Below, piece by piece: positions 58,005 through 64,000 of a DNA stretch of 64,000 bases. The stretch's first letter is position 1, and each line of letters begins with the position of its first letter. The stretch comes from Nitrospirales bacterium (GTDB lineage: Bacteria > Nitrospirota > Nitrospiria > Nitrospirales > UBA8639), in assembly GCA_965215405.1 (NCBI GenBank), contig OZ244060.1:309833-373832 (forward strand), read 5' to 3'. The translations under genes were made by a program, and so were the position numbers. Below the pieces are notes generated by a model. It worked only from the letters and a program-made list of their open reading frames with translations. It was not told where the DNA came from and searched no databases.

Positions 58005-58481
58005 CTACTTGCGCCATTTCTTACAGAAGCTTCGCTCGTAGGCCAAGACCTTCCACGCCTCTTCTTCGGTGATAGTCGCAGGCACCATGGACACCATGCC
58101 GGTCCCCGGGCTGCCGTTCTTAATAATCCAGAACAATTCACCATCTTTCCGTTTCTTGTGGAATTTGCAGTTCGTGAAGTTCCGCGGTCCAGGGGTCAAC
58201 ACTTTTCCGGCTGGACCGGCACCGTCGCCTTTTTTCCCATGACAATTGACGCAGGTGCCTTTACCTTCAAAGATTTTCTTGCCTTCGGCTACGATAGCGT
58301 CCGAGGCTTTTTTCGATTTCTTGTACAACTCGGCTGGCGGTTTTGTCTTCTTGGCCTTCCCGCGTTCAGCCCTGGGAACCCGTGGTTTCAAGGGGTCTTT
58401 TTCGGCTCCGGCAAAGGCCAGGTCACCACCGAGAAAGGCAAACGCCGTCAACAAACTGCACATTGCTATAAACTTCTTCAT
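58005..58481 (-). CDS. Class I c-type cytochrome (mono-haem), paralogue of 57403-57909
   Basis: ATG 58481 with AAGGAGGG Shine-Dalgarno; MKKFIAMCSLLTAFAFLGG signal; CVNCH motif. The C-terminal two thirds align almost residue for residue with the neighbour. Confidence 0.85.
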   Translation of the reverse strand: MKKFIAMCSLLTAFAFLGGDLAFAGAEKDPLKPRVPRAERGKAKKTKPPAELYKKSKKASDAIVAEGKKIFEGKGTCVNCHGKKGDGAGPAGKVLTPGPRNFTNCKFHKKRKDGELFWIIKNGSPGTGMVSMVPATITEEEAWKVLAYERSFCKKWRK

Positions 58482-58670
58482 GAATCCCTCCTTTGATAAA
58501 TAATGCGTCCCCGTTGCATCCGTTGTCCGGAAGGCCATTGATTGAGGGTAAAGGCCTTCAGGCATCCGACGTTTTTATATTACCCCTCATCAAAACCAGT
58601 TTCAAACACTCAAAACCCGCCGAAGATATCAATGTGATTTTTCTCTGTCAAGAAATCGGGCTGAACGGCA

Positions 58671-59035
58671 GTGGCTCGGTTTGAAATGACGACCTCATGC
58701 TTTTTGAAACAGGCCCCAAAGAAACGGGGACCATACAAGAAAAGAAATTCAAACCGAGCCACGACCGAAAAGAGTCCGGAAGCACTTGACTCCGGTAAGC
58801 GGTTGCCCCTCACTCTGCCTGACGACGGAAGGGAACGGGAGAAGGTCCAAGCCTCCCCTTTGTCAGGGGAGGGAAGGTAGGGGAGAGCCTCCCGCCCATG
58901 AAGCCCCTGTGGGCGTCGAAGACTCTACCTCCCCTGACCCCTCCTTACAAAGGAGGGGAAAAGTTTCCGCGTCCCCCCTGCGGATGCCATCAGATGGACC
59001 TCGCCCCGCCTGACAAAGGAGGGGGAAAAGAGGGT
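58671..59035. repeat. Interspersed repeat cluster, locus 5 (A-type with extension, then B-type palindrome)
   Basis: GTGGCTCGGTTTGAAATGAC…AAATTCAAACCGAGCCAC (58671-58762), a shared extension to ~58835, B arms at 58851-58960 and a shared tail to ~59035. Confidence 0.9.
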
Positions 59036-59193
59036 CGCCCCTTGTTCCGTCAGCACGTTCGTGAACGGTGACCCAGGTTCCGGCCCGTCAACCAAGATCC
59101 TGCAAGTCGAACGCGCTCCTCGGCCGTCTGATCGCACGCCTTGTCAGGACGGATGACTGCGGCCTCAGGGAAACCGGAGGCGGACAATCCCGG

Positions 59194-60087
59194 TCAAGGC
59201 CTTAATTCCAAATCCCGAGCCACGTCGCCGGATTCGCCAAAAGGACCGCGCAACCGGCCATTGAGTCTGACCTCAACCCCGCCAGCGTTACCAAGCGTCA
59301 ACAGAAACCGCTCGCGGGCTTGCCATTGCACAATTTCACCCGGCTGTAATAAGGCTTCCTGAGGTTCGTTTTCATCGGAACGAACCACGACCCAGGTGAT
59401 TTCCAAAGTCCGTAGTTCAAGAACGACCGGGCCTTCTTTCGAACCCACGAAAGGGGGCGTGAGTGCCCTGTCGGCTGATGGGGATTCCGCGGAACTCTCG
59501 GCAACGTCCGTCTTGTGGACTGTCTCCGTCTGTGCAGCCGTTGAGGCCTCAGTCGGCCGTTCGATCGAAGAGGGAGGGCGGCTGTCGCCAGGGCCATTCG
59601 CGTTGCCAATGTTTCCTGATTCCAATAAAGCCTCGTCACGAGGTTGGGGGTTAACGACCCGTTGGTCCGTGGTCCGTTGTGAAGAACGGGAAGGCGTGGA
59701 AGGTGAAGGGGGTTGTTGTTGGAGCAGCACCAGCAAACCCAGCAAGAACGCGCCCATGAGAATGAGTACCAGGTTTCGCTTGGTCTTGCCTGTATGATCG
59801 TCTCGCGTCCGTATGAAAGCCGGCTGCCGGTCCCCGCCCGTTGTTTTGTAGAACGACGCAGAACGTTCTGAAAACAACCGTAGACATTCTTCTTCATCGA
59901 GATGAAGCGAACGGGCGTAGGATCGTACAAAACCTCTGGCGAAGACCTTTGGGGGCAATCGGTCAAAACCATCCTCTTCCAGGGCCTTCAAGTACCCTTC
60001 CTGGATTCGGGTCCTTGAAACCATCTGCCCAAGGGTCAACCCTTGAGACGTACGAGCCGTTCTGAACCTGTTGCCTAACGAATCCAT
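59194..60087 (-). CDS. rodZ: RodZ-like cytoskeleton protein (HTH + TM + DUF4115)
   Basis: MDSLGNRFRTARTSQGLTLGQMVSRTRIQEGYLKALEEDGFDRLPPKVFARGFVRSYA is the RodZ HTH. Single TM helix. C-terminal …ITWVVVRSDE…LTLGNAGGVEVRLNG. Confidence 0.8.
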   Translation of the reverse strand: MDSLGNRFRTARTSQGLTLGQMVSRTRIQEGYLKALEEDGFDRLPPKVFARGFVRSYARSLHLDEEECLRLFSERSASFYKTTGGDRQPAFIRTRDDHTGKTKRNLVLILMGAFLLGLLVLLQQQPPSPSTPSRSSQRTTDQRVVNPQPRDEALLESGNIGNANGPGDSRPPSSIERPTEASTAAQTETVHKTDVAESSAESPSADRALTPPFVGSKEGPVVLELRTLEITWVVVRSDENEPQEALLQPGEIVQWQARERFLLTLGNAGGVEVRLNGRLRGPFGESGDVARDLELRP

Positions 60088-60226
60088 GTGCTCCGACGTT
60101 GAACCTGAAGGGCAACTTTCAGAGAAAGTCCTCACGTGGGAGGGGAATCATTCCTTTCCTCTTCCCTTCTCCCTTTTCCGAAAAGGAGAACGAGACAACC
60201 GGCAAAACACGCGGAATATTGAGTGA

Positions 60227-61150
60227 TCACGAAAGGTCGTCAAAATGAGTGAGACGTTTGAAGTCTCGGAAACGAGATTCAATTTCTTGACGTTCCAGTC
60301 GTCGCAAGCGGTCGAGACTAAAGCCTTCCACGGTAAATGAAGCCATGACGCTTCCGAAGATAATCGCTCGCCTTAAGCCGATATCGGAAAAATCTTCCGT
60401 GGACGAGAGATAGCCCATAAACCCACCGGCGAACGTATCTCCGGCACCGGTTGGATCCTGCACCATTTCCAACGGAAACGCCGGTGCGCCAAAGACTTGT
60501 TTTTCATTAAACATCAGGACGCCATACTCCCCGCGTTTAATAATAAGACACTTTGGCCCGCGTCCCAGAACGTCTTTTGCGACTTTGACCAAACTGAAGT
60601 CCTGGCCGAGCTCGCGAGCCTCCCCGTCATTGATGATGAGCACGTCAATCTTTTCCAACACGTCCCATAAGGCTTCTTGTTTTCCACTAATCCAAAAATT
60701 CATGGTGTCACAGGCTACGATTGGCGGCCGTTCGACTTGATTCAGCACGTCCATTTGAAGTTCAGGGTCGATATTCCCCAAAAACAACGTGCCGGGGGAT
60801 CGATAGTGGTCCGGGATTTTAGGGCGGAAGGACTCCAGAACGTTGAGTTGGGTATCAAGCGTATGGGCCTCATTGAGCTGATAGGTATATTCCCCTTGCC
60901 ATCGAAAGGTTTTTCCACTGCGGCGTTCAAGCCCGGACACGTCGATCCCGCGACTTTTCAAAAACGTGACGTGCTCTTCCGGGAAATCCTCTCCAACCAC
61001 CGCAATCAAATCAACGTCGGTAAAAAAACTGGCGGCCGTTGCAAAATACGTGGCCGACCCTCCCAATACTTCCGTCGCTGTCCCAAAAGGAGTGCGAACC
61101 GTATCGAACGCCACGGAACCCACCACTAACAATTTTCCCATGTCACCCAC
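60227..61150 (-). CDS. PfkB-family carbohydrate/nucleoside kinase
   Basis: GGSATYFA N-terminal motif and DPTGAGDTFAGGF C-terminal PfkB signature. Confidence 0.85.
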   Translation of the reverse strand: MGDMGKLLVVGSVAFDTVRTPFGTATEVLGGSATYFATAASFFTDVDLIAVVGEDFPEEHVTFLKSRGIDVSGLERRSGKTFRWQGEYTYQLNEAHTLDTQLNVLESFRPKIPDHYRSPGTLFLGNIDPELQMDVLNQVERPPIVACDTMNFWISGKQEALWDVLEKIDVLIINDGEARELGQDFSLVKVAKDVLGRGPKCLIIKRGEYGVLMFNEKQVFGAPAFPLEMVQDPTGAGDTFAGGFMGYLSSTEDFSDIGLRRAIIFGSVMASFTVEGFSLDRLRRLERQEIESRFRDFKRLTHFDDLS

Positions 61151-62036
61151 TCCCGTTCGATTTTTTCACGGCCGATTGTTTCAAAAAGACGTCATAGCGT
61201 TGCTTCACGGAGGCCGTTATGGCCTTCGGTGCGGTCAGGATGGTTTGTCGAAGCGCCGTCGCGCATGCACAGGTTCTCGGTCCCCCCGCCCGGTGAACGG
61301 CGCGACGGAGTAGATTTTTGGCCTGAGCCACGTTCGCGTGCATCACGCTCAACACCGCTTCGACGGAGACGGGCTCTTTACTCTCGTTCCAACAATCATA
61401 ATCCGTCACTAAGGCCACAGTCGCATAACACATTTCCGCCTCCCTGGCGAGTTTGGCTTCCGTTGCATTGGTCATCCCTATGACATCCACGCCCCATTGT
61501 CGATACAGCAATGATTCCGCTTTGGTTGAAAACTGCGGCCCTTCGATACAGAGGTACGTTCCACCCACGTGGAACGTGGCACCCACTGACCGGGCCGCCT
61601 CACCCAGATGCTCGACCAGGACGTGACAAACGGGATCGGCAAACGCCACGTGCGCCACAAGCCCTTGATCAAAGAACGTACTCATTCGCCTGGTTGTCCG
61701 ATCAATAAATTGGTCGGGAAGGACCATATGACCGGGGTGGATGCGTTCTTTCATGCTTCCCACCGCACTGACGGAAAAAATCCTCGTCACGCCGAGTGAT
61801 TTGAGCGCGTAGACGTTTGCCCGATAATTGATCATGGAGGGATTGATCCGATGACCTCGCCCATGACGCGAAAGAAACGCGATGGGCTTTCCGGACACGG
61901 TTCCAAGCATCACGGCATCCGAAGGTCGTCCGAACGGGGTGGACACGCGTATCTTTCGAACGCGTTCCAATCCTTCCATTTCATACAACCCGCTGCCTCC
62001 GATGACGGCAAGATCAGCACGTGGTTTCGCTGGCAC
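61143..62036 (-). CDS. mtnP: S-methyl-5'-thioadenosine phosphorylase
   Basis: LAVIGGSGLY…FLSRHGRGHRINPSMINYRANVYALK…GMTNATEAKLAREAE is the MTAP/PNP family pattern. Confidence 0.88.
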   Translation of the reverse strand: MPAKPRADLAVIGGSGLYEMEGLERVRKIRVSTPFGRPSDAVMLGTVSGKPIAFLSRHGRGHRINPSMINYRANVYALKSLGVTRIFSVSAVGSMKERIHPGHMVLPDQFIDRTTRRMSTFFDQGLVAHVAFADPVCHVLVEHLGEAARSVGATFHVGGTYLCIEGPQFSTKAESLLYRQWGVDVIGMTNATEAKLAREAEMCYATVALVTDYDCWNESKEPVSVEAVLSVMHANVAQAKNLLRRAVHRAGGPRTCACATALRQTILTAPKAITASVKQRYDVFLKQSAVKKSNGSG

Positions 62037-62054
62037 GGAGTTTTTCTTTCTCGG

Positions 62055-63077
62055 TTATTCCTGAAGGTTTTTCACAAAGCGTTCGATGACGGGCATGACG
62101 CGTCGAGAAACCGATTGAACGGACTCGTCAGGGTCCACTTCTACCCACGTCAGGCCGGGTTCCTTTCTAAACCACGTCATTTGCCGCTTCGCAAAACGGC
62201 GCGTGTCTCGCTTTAATCGTCTCACCGCTTCGTCAAACGCACACTCTCCTTCCAGATACCCTGCCATCTGACGATAGCCCAAACTTTTCATCGAGACAAG
62301 ATTTCTGGAGTACCCCTTCGCCAACAGAGTCCGGGTTTCATCAACCAATCCCTTTGCCAACTCAACGTCGACCCGATGATCAATGCGTTGATAGAGCAGG
62401 ACCCTGTCCATGGTCAACCCCAACACCAGGGCGCGAAAGGGTTTCGCCCGTTTGCGATGCTCTTCGTGAGCCATGGAAAGACGAACGCCGGTTTGCCGAT
62501 ACACTTCCAGGGCCCGCAGCACTTTTACGGTGTCGCGAAGATGCAGGCGACGCGCGGTGGCAGGGTCGACGCGGCTTAATTCCTGATACATCGACTCCCC
62601 TCCCCGGACGCGCGCTTCTTCTTCGAGCTTCCGGCGAAGGGCGCGGTCTCCAGGAGGACCGGCCCATAACCCGTTCAGCAAGGCTCGAACGTAGAGACCC
62701 GTCCCACCAGCGACCAAAGGAAGACGGCCCTTTTCGTACAGACGAGAGATTTCTTGAAGGGCCCGCCGCCGAAACTCACCGGCATTAAACGGCTCGTCAG
62801 GCTCTACCAGATCAATCAACCGATGCGTGACGCGTTGTCGGTCCTCTTCCGAGGGGGTATCCGTCCCGATATTCATCCCCCGATAGACCTGTGTCGAATC
62901 CGCAGTCAATATCTCCGTTCCCAGAGATTGAGCCACTTCAACGGCAATACGACTCTTGCCGATTGCCGTAGGTCCCACCAGGACGACGAGGGGCTTCAAC
63001 GCGGTGGAAGACTCCGGCAAGGTCCGGATCCCTGTTCCATTTTTCACGGAAAGGTGATGATCGAGGAGCGGATTCAT
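62055..63077 (-). CDS. miaA: tRNA dimethylallyltransferase
   Basis: LVVLVGPTAIGKSRIAVEVA P-loop and ILTADSTQVYRGMNIGTDTPS. ATG 63077 overlaps the mutL stop (ATGA). Confidence 0.9.
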   Translation of the reverse strand: MNPLLDHHLSVKNGTGIRTLPESSTALKPLVVLVGPTAIGKSRIAVEVAQSLGTEILTADSTQVYRGMNIGTDTPSEEDRQRVTHRLIDLVEPDEPFNAGEFRRRALQEISRLYEKGRLPLVAGGTGLYVRALLNGLWAGPPGDRALRRKLEEEARVRGGESMYQELSRVDPATARRLHLRDTVKVLRALEVYRQTGVRLSMAHEEHRKRAKPFRALVLGLTMDRVLLYQRIDHRVDVELAKGLVDETRTLLAKGYSRNLVSMKSLGYRQMAGYLEGECAFDEAVRRLKRDTRRFAKRQMTWFRKEPGLTWVEVDPDESVQSVSRRVMPVIERFVKNLQE

Positions 63078-64000
63078 AGACGCCGAAAAATTCGATGCAG
63101 TTCTTCGGTGCCAAAACGCAAAGAGATTCTTCGGCCATGCGGGCAGGTCATGGGAACCCCTTCCCGAAGCCAATCCTGCACCACGCGTTTCATTTCCGGC
63201 TCTTCCATCCGGCGACCAGCCTGGACCGCTCCCTTGCAGGCGACTGACGCCAGAACGGACCGGACACGTTTGTCGAGAGAATCAACGGATTTCCACTCCG
63301 ACAGATCCTCCAGGATATCTTCGAGTAAGGCGCCATAGTCCATCTGTCCGACAAGCGCCGGCACGGCCCGAATGACAAAAGAAGACGGGCCGAAGCACTC
63401 AAGTTCGAGCCCCACGTTCGCCAAATCCGGCAGGATTTCCGCTACCTGCGTCGCCGCCGCGACAGAGAGATCCACTGGTTCGGGAATCAGGAGCGGCTGA
63501 GTCTGGACGTGGCGGCCCTTCCAATCTCTCCACAAGCGTTCAAAAAGCACGCGTTCATGAATCGTGTGCTGGTCCAGCACGTGCAATTCATCTCCGATTT
63601 GAGCGACGATATAGGTGGTATGAATTTGTCCGAGAACGTGAACCACCGACTCAAGCGGGTAGAGCAACGACGATTCTTTGGTCTGGTCTGCTCCACTTCT
63701 TTGTCTTCTCCCGAAACCCGTTGAGTCTTCGTACTCACCGGAAGGGGCAAGCCCTCCCGACCGATCGAGAAACGACTCGTCCATCCCCACCCGTCCGGGT
63801 TTCTCCTTCTCGACGGTATCCGACGCCTTTTCTTCGAGTCCGTTCAGACCCGGAACAAGAGCCGACGACGGTGAACCCGTAACTTTTTTCTGCAGTGGAC
63901 CACGAACCGCCTCTTTGATCACTCGATGGATCAGGTCAGGGCTGCGAAACTTTACTTCCCGTTTTGAGGGATGCACGTTGACGTCCACTTCATGAGGTTC
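63074..64000 (-). CDS. mutL: DNA mismatch repair protein MutL, C-terminal part (gene continues beyond the right edge)
   Basis: …VNVHPSKREVKFRSPDLIHRVI… (end of the ATPase/transducer region) and the C-terminal dimerisation domain …HVLDQHTIHERVLFE…CPHGRRISLRF…. Confidence 0.9.
   Translation of the reverse strand, partial: EPHEVDVNVHPSKREVKFRSPDLIHRVIKEAVRGPLQKKVTGSPSSALVPGLNGLEEKASDTVEKEKPGRVGMDESFLDRSGGLAPSGEYEDSTGFGRRQRSGADQTKESSLLYPLESVVHVLGQIHTTYIVAQIGDELHVLDQHTIHERVLFERLWRDWKGRHVQTQPLLIPEPVDLSVAAATQVAEILPDLANVGLELECFGPSSFVIRAVPALVGQMDYGALLEDILEDLSEWKSVDSLDKRVRSVLASVACKGAVQAGRRMEEPEMKRVVQDWLREGVPMTCPHGRRISLRFGTEELHRIFRRL

Overview
GC-rich bacterial (diderm-type) chromosomal segment. I cannot assign a taxon from sequence alone. 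The core is a 13-gene NADH:quinone oxidoreductase operon on the minus strand (nuoA-B-CD-E-F-G-H-I-J-K-L-M-N, 13.5-30 kb), preceded by a MidA/NDUFAF7-like methyltransferase. Also present: secA, a TonB/TonB-dependent receptor/TPR/TonB/ExbB/ExbD cluster, tRNA-Lys(CUU) and tRNA-Arg(CCG), a UvrD-family helicase, two tandem c-type cytochromes, rodZ, a PfkB kinase, MTA phosphorylase, miaA, mutL (partial) and def (partial). The accessory content is concentrated in four places. (1) A ~10 kb defence island (3.3-13.3 kb) holds a type I RM system with a fused HsdM-HsdS carrying a 29-nt in-frame homopolymer, two PIN toxin-antitoxin pairs plus a TA scar, an hsdS scar, and an ABC-type ATPase + small Toprim-like two-gene module (split-OLD / PARIS / AbiL-like architecture). 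(2) An AT-richer DNA methyltransferase + 105-aa ORF cassette is inserted between nuoJ and nuoK. (3) A second long homopolymer (17 nt) lies at the 5' end of a membrane-protein gene. (4) A family of nested palindromic interspersed repeats occurs at five intergenic loci. Several genes are broken by single-base frameshifts, some of them in short homopolymer runs, so real decay and sequencing error cannot be separated without reads. All calls rest on reading the sequence and ORF track; no searches were run.
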